Source: the human T2T-CHM13v2.0 reference genome, Homo sapiens. From it: a DNA stretch of 64,000 nt. The notes beneath the pieces were generated by a model. That model searched no databases, was not told where the DNA came from, and was given only the letters and a program-made list of their open reading frames with translations. Positions 14,002-27,536 of the stretch are shown in pieces. The translations under genes were made by a program, and so were the position numbers. The stretch lies in NCBI RefSeq assembly GCF_009914755.1, contig NC_060925.1, one strand, 5' to 3'. Each line of letters begins with the position of its first letter. Position 1 is the first letter of the stretch.

Positions 14002-14684
14002 CTTCTTTTAAGCTATATTATGTAACAGTTGGTTAATTGAAACAACCACCTGGTGGTGAGCAGTTGGTAAAGAAAACGTTAAATAAGGAAATAGACATTT
14101 ATTTTTGACCCCAGCCAAGAGTGACCAAACTTAGGAAAACAAATACATTTGATGTTTAAAAATATCTAAACTCAGTGAATTAAGAAAGCATTTGCTTGGA
14201 AATGATTTATCTGACCATCTCTTTGTTATACTTACTCATGGCATTTCTTTGGTGGATTGTTAGCTCCTCAATGGCCAACTCTACTGCAGTGGTGTCATGT
14301 ACGTAGAAGGTTCTTTATTTGTATTGGATAAATCAGTACATTTTAAAGAATGCAATATCAATTAAATCTCACTATAATGGGGAACTTAGAATTGATGATT
14401 AGGTATTATTTTATATTTTATAAGTCTAAATAATGATAATTGTTTGAAATGATACTTCAAACTGGTACCTCAAAAAATAGCCAGCTTACATGGAAAGGAT
14501 TTACCTATTCAAGGAAGAAAAGCACTGTGGTGCCTTCTCAGAGTGCACTGGAGGACAGGGTTTAGGCAAATTGCTTAACATTTCTGTGTCTGTAAAATAT
14601 CCCTAAATCCTGTGTCTCACAATTAACAGTTGTATTAATCCATGTAAATGAGTTAATCCATGTAAACAAATTTACAAATGGTAA

Positions 14685-14815
14685 GTGCCTATGACCTCAT
14701 TTCTATGGCAGATTAAAGAAGAATTGATGTTTTCAGTTTGTTGAGTTTTTAAAAACTTGTTAGGACACCGGAGCAACTTTTAAACTCCTTACATACTGAA
14801 CTGGAAACCAGAAGT
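14685..14815 (-). mobile_element. L1M 5'-terminal fragment
   Basis: ttttcagtttgttgag...ttgttaggac...ctccttacat...ctggaaaccagaagt. Confidence 0.6.
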
Positions 14816-14934
14816 TCTCTCGCTTCATTACTGAACTTTGAGAATGCTGGTTTTGAAAGATTAGTAAATTGACTTTAACATATTTGGCAACAATTCTCCT
14901 ATTTATAAAATGCAGCCATATATGTAAAATGTTA

Positions 14935-15418
14935 TCTCAGTTTTCTATTGGTGCTGTAATAAATTACCCCAAATGTACTGGCTTTTAATTTCTATTGTCT
15001 TAACAATAGAAATTTATTCTCTTACACATCTGGGGGCATGAATTCCAAGATGAGTCTTACTGGACTAAAGTCAGTGTTGTCAGAGGGCTAGTTCCGTCTG
15101 GAGTTTCCAGGTGAAAGTGCATTCCTGGCCTCTTCTGGTTTCTAGAGGCTGCTGGCATTCCTCATCTCTTGGTCACATCACTCCAATCTTTACGTCAGTG
15201 TTAAGATGGCCTTCTTCCTTTCTCTAGTTAGGGCTCTGTCTTTCTTCATACTTAAAATGACATTTAGGGATACCCAGATTGTCTAGGAGAATCTCTCCAT
15301 CTCAAAATTCTTAATTTAATTAAATCAGCAAAGTCTCTTTTTGCCAAATAAAGCAATATTCACAGGCTACAGGGATTAGGATCTGAATCTCTCTGACGGT
15401 CATTATTCAGCCTACCAT
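14935..15418 (-). mobile_element. MLT1D-like MaLR LTR
   Basis: gctgtaataaattacccc...tctagaggctgctggcattcct...ccatctcaaaattcttaatttaat...attattcagcctacca. Confidence 0.8.
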
Positions 15419-15682
15419 GAATGTGTTTTGGAAAGGTATTATCTCCTGTTTCTATTATTAAATGTAGTTTGAGCAGTTTTTATGAATTGATGGCACTGGA
15501 TTTCATTTCAAGACAGAGTAAGTCTGTTTCAAAATGTGCAATAATTACACATTGGAGAATTGTGCAAGAATAACTTTAGAAGGGCCACATAGTGGGTGGG
15601 AGGAAATACATCGCTATACCTTCCTGACTGACCAAAATGATGGTTTAAATTAAACTAAAGGCTTGATTCTAACAACAAGAAA

Positions 15683-16278
15683 ATATAGCAGGACCTCAAA
15701 TAACTTCATTCCATTCAATGTCATTTCGTAACAATATTGATGAGATAAAAAAGTAATAATCCCCAGCCAGGGTCACTGTCTGTGTGGAGCTTGCATGTTC
15801 TCCATCTGCGTGGGTTTTCTCCAATTACTCCTGTTTCCTTCCACATCACAAAGATGTGCAAGTTAAGTGAATTAACCTGTCTACAAGGTCCCAGTCTGAG
15901 TGTGTGTGTGTGTAAGTGTGCCCTGCCATGGGATAGTGTCCTGTCCAGGGATGGTTCCCGCCTTGTGCCCTGAACTGCTGGGAGAGGCTCCAGCCAGCAG
16001 CCACCCTGAACAGGAATAATTAGGTAAATAATTATCTTGTTTTTATTAATCTTCTTAAATGCATATATACCTCACACTTATTTAAATATTTAATATGGGA
16101 AGTATTTTGGTCTTTTTTTAGAGGTTGGTGATGTTTTTGTGACCAGAAATATGCCATATAACTCATGTTTATATCAATTAGCCTATGGTAAAATCAGTTT
16201 TGTTATACATTGTTTTGTTTTGCTTTAAGTCCCAGTTTCCGAAAACCTATCAATGATGTTAAGTGAGGACTTAGTGTA
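15683..16278 (+). mobile_element. MER6A (TcMar-Tigger) DNA transposon
   Basis: ggtcactgtctgtgtggagcttgcatgttctcc...gtcctgtccagggatggttcccgccttgtgccctga core; end gatgttaagtgaggacttagtgta. Confidence 0.85.
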
Positions 16279-17619
16279 AATTGACACACACAGATTTTGA
16301 TGGTTGGTTAAGTTTGTATTTCTTCAGCTGGTTAAAAAAAATTAGTGGGGAACTCCTATTTATACACTTAGAGTTCAACATATCCTATTTTTTTCTCTTC
16401 CACATACACTCTTCTGAACAGGTTTGTCATTTTGCAACTTTTCAATTTAAATGTTAAATATTTCATCCAAATAAAATATTTTAGGACAGAATATGTAAAA
16501 ATACCTTGTAGAGTGATTTGCTGAGGATCTTAATTCTCTTTTAGAATAGCTTTAGACTTTAATTATGCTAGGACTGGCCAAAAAATCAGAAATACAAAGC
16601 TAAAAAAGATGAAAGAGTAGTGACACAAAAACCTAACAGTTCAAAGCATGTAAGGAGAAAAGCATTTTTTAATGGGTATCTCTGGAGTTTCAAGATAATC
16701 ACTGAGAAACAGCATTTGAGGTGTCTGACTAAATAATAAAAATAACTTTATGAATAGTTGAAATTTAGGTTTAAATAAAAACTTTGACTCAACTTCAAAA
16801 ATACTAAATTTGGCAAGAGATGCCTATAATTACTATCATCAGGTGCTGGAGCCCCCAAACCACAATCATGTTAAATTAAACCTCTGAATTCTGTGTTCAT
16901 ATTTCTGCTTCTTTATGTGGTGGAGGAAAGGGATGTCACAGCTAGTTATGGTAAAGCCTAAGTACTTGCTTTCATTGTACACATTTTTATTTCATTGCAC
17001 AGATCCAACATAAATATTTAAAACTTAAATTATCCTATAGAGGATGAAATTATCAAGTGAACAATTATTTACAGGGACTTTTTTTTTTAAAGTAAGGACC
17101 CGACTATATAGGAGACAGTGGTGTCAAATTAGACAAAGAGAATTCCCCAGGAAATGACAGTGCAAATATGTAGATGTAAAGACTGGACGATGTGGCTGAC
17201 TTGGGAAAAGCTGAAGTTTTAAAATATTTATTGTGTTACCCGTATGACCTTTATTAAAAAACAAGATAATAACATACGCAGAACACATCACCATACAGTC
17301 ATATGGTATGAAGTTAGTCTACCCCCCAATGATGTCATTGTTGGTTTTCAGACAATTCTAGGAAAAGACTGTGGATTGATAAATGTACACTGTGCCTTCT
17401 GGTTTTATGGTAGTGAAATTCAGACTACATAAATTGTAATTTGTCTATGTCTGCTGTTTTAGTTAAATTAAAAGAAGTTGGATTGCCTAGACAATGAGTG
17501 TTTTGCTTGAATGAAATTTTTTAAAAGAAGCTAGTATTTATAATGTAATGAATCACAAAAAATGTCCCTTTGTAAAAGAAAATTCCAAAACAACAGTAGA
17601 TTACAGACTGAGCAAAAAC

Positions 17620-17870
17620 AGCCTGAGTGGTAAAGAGGTCAGACTCCAGAGTCAGACAGATGTGTACTTGAATCCTGGCTATGCTACTCACAGCAGTACA
17701 ATTTGGAGCAAATTACCTAACCTCCACACCCTGGTTTCCTCATTTGAGAAATAATAATAATAACAACAATAACAGCGCCAACCTAATAGGTGATTTGTGA
17801 GAAGTAAATGTGTTGAAACATATGAACAGCATTGCCCAGTGTCTAGCACATTGCTCAAGGAATGATTATT
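17620..17870 (+). mobile_element. MIR
   Basis: ttgaatcctggctatgctact...ggagcaaattacctaacctc...gtttcctcatttg. Confidence 0.75.
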
Positions 17871-18257
17871 GCTATTGGATCAATTTCATGGTCCAGGTGT
17901 CACATAGTCCAGTGCTCTATTTCCAGCAGAGAAGGAGAGGAATGTATTGTGGGATATGATGTTTTTTCCTGCCATCGGCCTTAAAAGCTAAGAAGTCTTG
18001 ATCTAAAAGGCCATCATTCATAACTTCGTCCAAACAGTTATTAATCCATTCATTTTTTCTATCTATATCAGATATGCTGAAATGTTTTATAAATTTATTA
18101 AATTTATGTGTAAATTTAAAACAACACTTCCTTTTGTCTGACACTCAGGCCACTATGCATTGAAAGCACATCTCCTTGCCCTGGGATTTTGTGATATAGG
18201 AAATAAGTCTGGGTATAATTTCTATACTATTCACAACTGAGAAAATAATATGAACAT

Positions 18258-18303
18258 GTTACTTTTAATGTCAAAAACTGCAATTACTTTTGCACCAACC
18301 TAA
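18258..18303. mobile_element. MADE1 half element
   Basis: ttacttttaatgtcaaaaactgcaattacttttgcaccaacctaa is one arm plus the spacer of MADE1. Confidence 0.9.
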
Positions 18304-18879
18304 TATTTCAGCTCCTACTGTGTTTCAGGTACTGTGCTAGGCCTTTTACATGCTGCATTTCACTTATTCTCCAAAATAGTCTTATGAGGTAGGAAATAGT
18401 ATTCTTTAAACAGAGTTTACATTTATGAATTCTAGCCATAATACCTTTAGGCACCAATGCTCTAGAGTAAAGCTTCTCTATGTTTTCAGTCAGTGTTCAT
18501 ATATAGCCTTTTAATCCACTATAGTTTTTTTGTATTTGACTACCCAGAGATAGACGTTTAAGGCTACGTAATGAATTGGTTGAGGGCAGAAGGTATTAAT
18601 TATGAAAGACCTTGATTCCTGTCCTGACACCAGACTAGTGTTGGCCTTGGGTAAGTTGCTTAACTTCGTAGGGCATTTGCTACTTTACATGTAAAATTTA
18701 GCTACTTCATAGATTTATTTTGGGGATTAAATGACTCAATTAACATAGTGTAAAAGGTGGGAGATAGAGTCTGATATTTAATAAGCACTCATTTAAGGGT
18801 AGTCGTTATTTTTAGTGAACATGCAATGAGCTACTTATGGATAAAACACACATACACACACACACACACCCAAAAATCA

Positions 18880-19740
18880 TAGGGGATACCAAGCTAAAAA
18901 TGACATGCTTACAGTGTTTGGACTTACAATTTAGTAAGAAAACAATATGCATGTGTGAGAAGGGTCCTCTTTTAGGGATATAAACAGGGCTTTGTAAGAG
19001 TGTAGGAAGCAGTGATAAATTTTTAGTTTGGGGTGCAGCTTGAATGAAAAGAGGTGGAGAAAATAGTACCTGAACTGGATTTTTAAAAATAAATGCATGC
19101 TAGTATTTAGAGAAGGGAGTGAGGATTTTCTAGATGCAGGGAATGATATAACTAAAAGCCCAGAACTATGAAGTACAGTATTCAGGGAAGGGTGACTATT
19201 ATAGTGTGTGGTGGAACTAGGGAATAGAATTTGTGGAGACATCAATTTAGAAATAAGACTAAAAGATATACCCTAGTTTGTTAACTACCTTGCTAAAGAG
19301 TTTTAATCTTACTGCCTTATTGTTTAGAAGATTTCTATGTCAGGAATGTGGAAAGTACATTTGGAAAGGTGAAAGAGTCAGTGAAAACAGTTAAGACATT
19401 GTACAGATAGTTTAGTTGAAATATGATGAATCCCTGGACAAGGGTAGTGGCAAAAGCAATGGAACAGAGGAATGAATGAATACAAAAGACACTTCAGAGA
19501 TAGAAGCCAAAGGGATGAATTAATTAATGACAGTGGTGGGAGAGGGGTGAGGAAGGAGTCAAAGATGATGATATTAGTCACTGAGCATCACTGAGTGATA
19601 CTATTCACTGAGATCAAACCCTCATGAGGGAGGTTCGGGAACAAAGAGGATTCTGAACATAATGATATGAAGTACATTTGGGTAGCCCAGGGAGAGATGC
19701 CCTAAATACAAATGGAAATTTGGGCCTGAAGCATAAATGA
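18880..19740 (-). mobile_element. L2 fragment
   Basis: Purine-rich antisense L2 motifs (ggacttacaatttag, aatccctggacaagggtagtggc, gaaggagtcaaagatga, ctattcactgagat). Confidence 0.7.
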
Positions 19741-21008
19741 AGAATCTAATATTGTATGTAAAAGAATATTATTATAATTGACAAATATAATTTACATCGA
19801 GATACCCTTGAAAACCTCAGATTGCCTTTTGAATTCTTAGTATTAGCAATTTTCAAAATCTAGGTATATAGAACACATATATTCTCTGTATAACCCACAG
19901 AGCATTTTAGGTGGAATCTATCCTTTAATACCAGGCTCTTATTTTTTCTTCTAACCTAAATCTGTCTATTTAATATCAGCTCTTATTTTTTGTTCTTTTT
20001 TTTTTTTAAATAAAGAATACGGTATGGGAGGGTCAGTGATTGTGGAATTCACTTTTGCAAGTGCTTTGCCAGAACCTGTTTTATCAGCTCACATAAACCC
20101 CACCTGCTGGGGCTTCGTCTTAATTGGCAGTCTTGTAATCCTCTTGTGAGATTTAACTGGGCAGCTTTATCTATAAATAACATTAATTTTCAAGGATGAA
20201 GTGCAAAGCTGCAGTCATGGTGATGAGAGATTGTTGAGCCCACCTGCCTTTTTAATCCAGTGTTAGTCCCTAAACCATTTGTCAAGTTTTACATTGTTAT
20301 CACACATCTAGTACCTTAAAGAATAGTTCATAAAGAAAACTTTTCTTAGAGGGAATCTGAAACTGTCTTAGGATTTAGCTTAATAATATTATTGTTATTT
20401 TAATGCTTAATTAGGTAATATTTGGATTACTTTTAATAATTTACAAAATACTTTCACTGACATGATTTCATTGTGATTGTCACAATAAACTGATTGGAGG
20501 GAGCATTATTATTATAATTTAATTGATGAAGAAACAGATTAAGAGAGGTTGAGTAACTTGCTCAAGATCCCAGAGCCAATAAAAGTTGGGACCAAGATGT
20601 GGACATTAATTTGATTCCACATGGGTTTTTATTCCTATTACTTATATATAGCTATTTTTCTAGTAATATTGCTACATCTGAGATATAGTATTCCTCCTTA
20701 CATATGGACTATATATTTTCTTGTTTTCCACCTTAAAATTCTTAATATCTTTCAATATGTTAAATGTGCAATTCAAATGTGATCAGCACCTCAGGAAATT
20801 TGTATGTTAACTCACCATGTTGATGGTGTCAAGCTTGTAAGATTCTTGTTTGATTTTCTTTTTAAAATATTCTATGTAGCTACATGACTATGTGAAGCTT
20901 AAACTAAATTATGTTCTTTGCCATAGTTATAAACAACACATATTTTGGCTTTATTTAAAAAATATTGGGATTACTTTAAGTTATGGTATTTAAATTTTAC
21001 TAAAATAG

Positions 21009-21068
21009 AAAACTAAGAAGAATGAAAAATGACACTGAAATGGAGCTAGAGGTAGAGGAAACAATATG
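21009..21068 (+). pseudogene. Candidate (pseudo)exon, 60 nt
   Basis: tactaaaatag| ... ATG|gtaagt strong donor; one open frame KLRRMKNDTEMELEVEETI; acceptor weak. Confidence 0.3.
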
Positions 21069-21518
21069 GTAAGTAAATACTGTTGCTTATATCCTGAATC
21101 TGTTCTGAAGACAGAGCACCATGTTGCCCTATTTTTTTTAAGAAAATATTTTGAATATCATCCTTAGGGATTGAAAACTAAAAATTGATCCTTCACCTAA
21201 AGTATGTTGTCTTCTGAGTGGGAAAAAAAGGTCAAAGACTAAAAGAGAACCCAGTTTAGGACTCTGCACTGGCCTTTACTGGAAGGAGCAGCTCCACCAG
21301 CTGTGGCTGCTTTCTTTACCCTGGTTCAGACACTAGAGCCGTTTAAGGAATCGAATACCATTTCCCTCCATGTCTAAATTTGTATTCCTGCTGTTCCTTG
21401 AGGTCTTTCCTCGTTACAAAAAGAGAAAAATTTACTTAAATTTTTAAATTCTACCTACTTAGGAGGTATTCAAAGGGATCTCAGAATGTTTGTTTTATAT
21501 GTTTGTAATCACTGACAG

Positions 21519-21694
21519 AAACAAGTGATTCCACAGGAGATTTGAGTGTAGATACTGAAAGATGTCTCCTGTGGAAAGAAGAGCTATTACATTACAAATA
21601 AGCATGAACCTGAAAAAGAGTTCACCAGAAAAGAACCAACTAACAATTGCTTTCTCAGAGATAAGGAAAAAAAATTTATATGATCACTTACTTG
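21519..21694 (+). pseudogene. Candidate decayed coding exon, 176 nt
   Basis: cactgacag| ... TTG|gtaaac; phase-1 reading ETSDSTGDLSVDTE, one 1-nt frameshift, then MSPVERRAITLQISMNLKKSSPEKNQLTIAFSEIRKKNLYDHLL. Confidence 0.35.
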
Positions 21695-22431
21695 GTAAAC
21701 TTTCTAATGTTTGTTTTTACAGTTTGGGAAGGTTGGACTTAGATTTTTGAGAGTTGTAAAAATCTCTTCCTTATCTGGGAGCACATTATTTTGGTTATGT
21801 TTCTTGCTTTTACATTTATTTAGTGTATTCTAAACATTTCAAGACACACAATCAGTAAGATCATTAGAAACAGAATATGGCCCTTTCCTCATCCTGGCCA
21901 CAAAGAGATAGAGCACTCTATTTAATATTTAGCAGACGCATTAGTATTTTAATACTATTTGATATTTCTATGTGCAGAATTTTTTATTTAAAAAAGTGAG
22001 AGTTTTTGTGGTAAAGTCATAAATGTTAAAGTCCTTTGAAAACAAACTTGGTCATTCTGATATTTGCTTTATTTAATCTATAAAGTCTGATAAAATGTTT
22101 CCTCTTTATTGGATATTTTTTATATTTTAGTTTCAGTTAAAGAGCCAGTCTTACATGCAGTTCTTCAGCAGCCCAAGTTTATCTTCAACTTCTTTCCACT
22201 TTCCCTGTCCATGTTTGGCTTCTCTTGCTAAATGATCTTTTCTTGCCCAGGCTGGGAACTCTTCTCAGCAGTGCTGTATCCTTTGGACCACACCTCTATC
22301 CTCCTGTCCATAAATTACTACCTGTAGCTTGACCTCAAGGTCTTATTTACTGCTTTCCTTTTGACATTAAGTATCCTGATTAATTAATCTGTGCTAAGGA
22401 ACTTGTGATTTATAGTGTCTTATCTCTCCAG

Positions 22432-22482
22432 ATAATGCTGTATTTTGATATTTCAAAATCAAACTACCAGAGACGACATACT
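22432..22482 (+). pseudogene. Candidate (pseudo)exon, 51 nt
   Basis: Strong acceptor tcttatctctccag| and donor ACT|gtaagt; length divisible by 3; phase 1 reads DNAVF*YFKIKLPETTY, phase 0 reads IMLYFDISKSNYQRRHT (open). Confidence 0.4.
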
Positions 22483-22836
22483 GTAAGTAGGAAAAAATGT
22501 ATTAATGGCAGGAATCCTAGGCTCTAGGGCAAGCGAGTTTGAAAGATCATTTGGAGCCACTGAGAGGTCTTTTGGTGGCTTTGGATCACATATTCTAGGC
22601 AATTTCCTACATCATCTAGGGTGGAATTTTGATGCTCTGTTTTTAGTTTTTAACTCCATAGTCAATGAAACTATCATAAAAATTTATGGTCAAAGGAGAA
22701 TTTTAGCCATTCCCATTTCTTTTGTGAGCCAAAGAACTGTTTATCAAGGAGAGAAGGACCATACTAGAGATTCGCCTGGATTTTTGTTGTATGACACATT
22801 TTATCTTACCAAAACAGGCTGTATTCACATTAATAA

Positions 22837-23164
<328 letters not shown>

Positions 23165-24024
23165 ACATTCATAATTATTAATAGAGGTCTTTAAATTTAG
23201 TCTTAAATGCCATGTTTCTAGAAGGATTTAAAAATGGTAGCACTTGTCAGGTTGTATGACCAAATAGGTAAATTATATATGCCACTGGAGAAATTTCAAG
23301 ACCTTTTTGGTTATTTGTAAATATTATTATATGCCACCATTCTCTATTAGCATATTAAGTTCCAGAGGAAATAGAACATTTCTGATACTGCCTACTACTA
23401 AATTGTAAATGCATGTAAGACCTGTAAATACACAGTATTGTAGATACCTGTACTCATTGAATAGAAGTAAGCTAAGGACATGTGAAAATCACATTGATGT
23501 TTTGAGGTCACAGGTAAAAGTTGATTTGAAAATGGTCAGTGAACAGTTGGGGGAGTAGCTAGTCTCGGCTCCTCTGAGTTTTCGGGCTTGGTGGTCTTTG
23601 CTAGGATCCCACTCTACTTGCAGTTCACAACGTCTGTCACGTGAGGGCAGCATAATCACATACAGGCCAGCTGTCTGGTTTGACCTTAAGTCAGAAGAAC
23701 TGATTCCAAAGGAAATCACATAGTAACATGTAAATGCAGTCATTTTTTTCCTTTTATACACATTGCTCAACTGATTAAAATACAATATGAAATATTAGGG
23801 AGAAAAATACTTTTAAACATTTTCTGTGATTGAATATCCTTATCAAAAGGATATGTGTGATTTGCATTAGAAAAATAATTTGCAATTATGACTTTTAAAA
23901 ATTGTGTTTTAAAAGGAACACAGACACAAACACACCCAGAGAGTGAGAGACTCTCTTTCCTGTTTTTTGTGGATGGAACAATACATAGCATTTGAACACT
24001 GTTGTTAGGCTTTTTATGCTTCAC

Positions 24025-24190
24025 TCACCATGATATTTTGGGCAAGTTAACATTTCTATGCCTTAGTTTCCTCAACTACATGGGAGTAATCATAGTTTGC
24101 ATTCATAGGATTGTTAAGGATTAAATGAGATAATGCAGGTAGACCAATTTAAATATACTCTACACATAAGTGCACTATAAATAGTTTGTA
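24025..24190 (+). mobile_element. MIR
   Basis: ttgggcaagttaacatttctatgccttagtttcctca...gttaaggattaaatgagataatgca. Confidence 0.75.
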
Positions 24191-24197
24191 TTATATT

Positions 24198-24607
24198 GTC
24201 ATACACTGCATAATGATGGTTCAGTCAACAACGGATTGCAAATATAACAATAGTCCCCTAAGATTGTAATGGAGGTGAAAACTCCTATCACACAGTAGCA
24301 TTGTAGCCACCATAACATCTTAGTGTAACACATTACCTTTTCTATATTTAGATATGTTTAGATACACACCTACTTTCTATTGTGTTACAGTTGCCTACAG
24401 TATTCAGTAGGGTAATATGCTGTACAGGTTTGTTGCCTAGAGGCAGTAGGCTATACCATATAGCATAGGTGTGTAGTAGGCTAGTACCCGCACAGTATGT
24501 ACATCTAGGTTTGTGGTAAATCCACCGTTTGATGTTGGCACAGTGACAAAATTGCCTAATGACACATTTCCCAGAACATATCTTCATTGTTAAGGGACAC
24601 ATGAATA
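24198..24607. mobile_element. Tigger3-derived (MER7/Golem) DNA transposon
   Basis: gttcagtcaacaacgga...acagtattcagtag...gtacaggtttgttgcctag...aggctataccatatagc...aaattgcctaatgacacatttc. Confidence 0.85.
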
Positions 24608-24818
24608 TTCAAATACTGAATTTTTAAAGTATAGATTTTGAAAAACACCTTCTTCCATGTGGAACTAGGAAACTATCAGAGACCAATGCACAAGACAGAA
24701 TTGAGTAAGATTCTTAGACTGTATTTTCTGGTATTTTGTCACAAATATTCTGGAAAAAAACATGTTTGAAGGAGCTACTGAAGAGATGAGGAGGGGGAAG
24801 TACAAATAGAAAGCTTAA

Positions 24819-25200
<382 letters not shown>

Positions 25201-25349
25201 TAAAGACTTGAACCTTTACTTTTTAGTTGGTAATGGGTTGATGATTCTTTCCTACTTAGGAATTTAATTATTATTCAGGAAAGCAATATCATGGTAAATA
25301 AGACCCTGAAGAGATATTTTTAAAAGGAGAAAATTCAGGTTTAGGAAAA

Positions 25350-25440
25350 TCATCTGTTTTCAGTTTGTTCAGGTTTTTACTTGTTAGGACAGAGTGATGA
25401 CTTCAGGTTTTTCACATGCCAGACCTGCAACTGGAAGTTG
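25350..25440 (-). mobile_element. L1M 5'-terminal fragment
   Basis: ttttcagtttgttcaggtttttacttgttaggacagagtgatgacttc...ctggaagt. Confidence 0.6.
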
Positions 25441-26339
25441 GACTCAGCCTTGTTCAGCTTTTAATTCATATGCAGTAAAGCAGTTAGAAAGAACCTAGAG
25501 TGCTTAAAAGAGCTTAAACTTTCTGGAGCTAGAAGACCTGCACCCAGGAAGGTGAAACTATCAAGTGCCAAAGTGAACGGGATACAGTTTAGAGGAGGAA
25601 GAAGGAAAGGCAAGGTAGAATGATTAGGAGGTATAATTCAAAGTAGGATTTAAATATGCCCTTCAATATTGATTAGGATTTGGAGAGAAGTTGGAGGAAG
25701 AAGAATACTTAGGTGAGACAGGCTGGAGTTCATGGCTAAGAATTCCATGTTGATGCTGGAGCTAAGAGAATGAGTGGAATCTATGGGAGAGTTTTAAAAA
25801 GTGCAAAAGATCAAACAAGATTGCTGAAGGACTTCTAAGAACAGGGTTGCCTGCTATATAATTTTACAATGATGCCTACTATATAATTTTAAGTCATTTT
25901 CATTCCTACAATGTAAGTTTCCTCTGTTGCCCCCAAACTACAGTAAATTTGATACAAACACAAATGCCTTGTGTGATTGGTTTTGGGAAAATCTAGAACA
26001 GGGATTGTGTTTAATATTTGAGTTAGTACTAAAGACAGAAGAAAAAAGAGAACATCTGCAGAAAGTGAGAATCAAATAAGATGAAATATTCTGGGAAAAC
26101 ACAGGTTCTGAGCTTGGGGGAACCAGGAGAAAAGTGAGGTCTCAACTCTTCTCATCCAAGAATCCCTGAAGACAACTGGGGGCATGCTCCAACTTTTGGG
26201 GATTGGAGTTTAAGTCAAATTGTATTTAAATCTCCAAAGATAGACTGCTCACTCTTCAGTTACACTCAAGTGTCAGAATTATATCGTTTTCTCATCTTTG
26301 GTTAGGCTAGATATTTCATGTATCTTAAAATGAGTTCAA

Positions 26340-26490
26340 AGGGAAGACTGAGGGAGAATAGGGCAGCTGTCTTCAGTATGTGAAGGGATTTTCTGTGGAA
26401 GACAGATTGGACTTGGTTTGTGTTGCTTCAGATGAGAGCAGTGTGGAAGTTACAGGAAGGCAGGTTTCAGTTTGGCATGGGAACTAACAT
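26340..26490 (+). mobile_element. L3/CR1 fragment
   Basis: gaagactgaggg...gctgtcttcagtatgtgaaggg...gtggaagttacaggaaggcaggtttcag. Confidence 0.65.
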
Positions 26491-27536
26491 CTTCTAGTTG
26501 ACCTCTGCCAGTGACTTTTCCACCACCTCATCACGCCCTTCAATCTTAGGCAGAATTCAGAATTTTCCATAATGGCCCTTTCTTTTTTGGAAATGTACAA
26601 CCAAGTAAACCTGCCTAGCTGGATTTTTTTTTAATTGGGTAGGTCGTATGGAAATAGCTCTCATAAGCCTTCATATCATTTTGTATAACAATTCATTTCT
26701 TGACAAACTTCCATATGTACTTGTAGACTCTATGTTTGTGTATAACCAATATATTGAAGGACTCTCAAGAATCTGAAACACAATCAAAGAATATGACAGT
26801 GACTTATTAAAAGACTTTTCTTATTCAAGAAAACCACTTGTTTCATAAGAGTGTTGCTAATGAACTCTATTCAACTATTGAGTTTAATTCGGAGCTTAAA
26901 TTTTTTTTTTCATGCCTCTCATTCCCACCACTACTGGCTTAATGGCATGTGAATTCCTGGCATTAAAAGTAACAGGCTGAATCTTTAAACTTTAAATAAA
27001 AGGAGAATTACATAATTGATCAGAGGCCAAAAATCATAGCCTTTTTGTTTGTTTTTATTCTTAGTAGAATGGCCAAACAATGGAGATTGGCAATGTGAAT
27101 TACTAGAAATATTGCCCAAACATTTTAGCTGGAAAAATAGTAGAGTAGTTTGTTATTCTTTCCCACTTCAAAACTTATTTTCTATGAAACCAGTGTTATA
27201 GTAGATAAGATTCTAGAGAAGTTAAAGAAATTTAGAAAGAGAAAGTAATATACATAGTTTCTGAATATAAAGTTATCTAATAGTTTTATCATAGAACACA
27301 AATTACAAAAAGGGAAGACAGAAGTGTCAGCAGTGAATATGAATATGAACATTTGATTCTTCAACACATCTCTAAGATGAGTTACCATCAAATCTAAATT
27401 ATACATAAAAAGTCCAACTTGTGAAGATGCCATCATTGGTTGATCTGAGAAAAACCTCATGAAAAAGATCATAGCCTTAGTTGGACCTCAGAAGATGGAT
27501 ATGATTCCCTGAAAGCTGCATTTAGTCTATGATTTA

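Noticed and set aside
18258-18303. Possible miR-548-family hairpin
   Set aside because: Only one MADE1 arm is present, so no stem-loop can form
21089-21165. ATATCCTG / ATATCATCCTT as U12-type 5' splice sites
   Set aside because: Imperfect match to RTATCCTTT and no paired U12 branch site identified
27182-27472. 96-aa hydrophobic minus-strand ORF
   Set aside because: AT-rich composition explains the F/I/L bias; no splice or homology support that I can recognise
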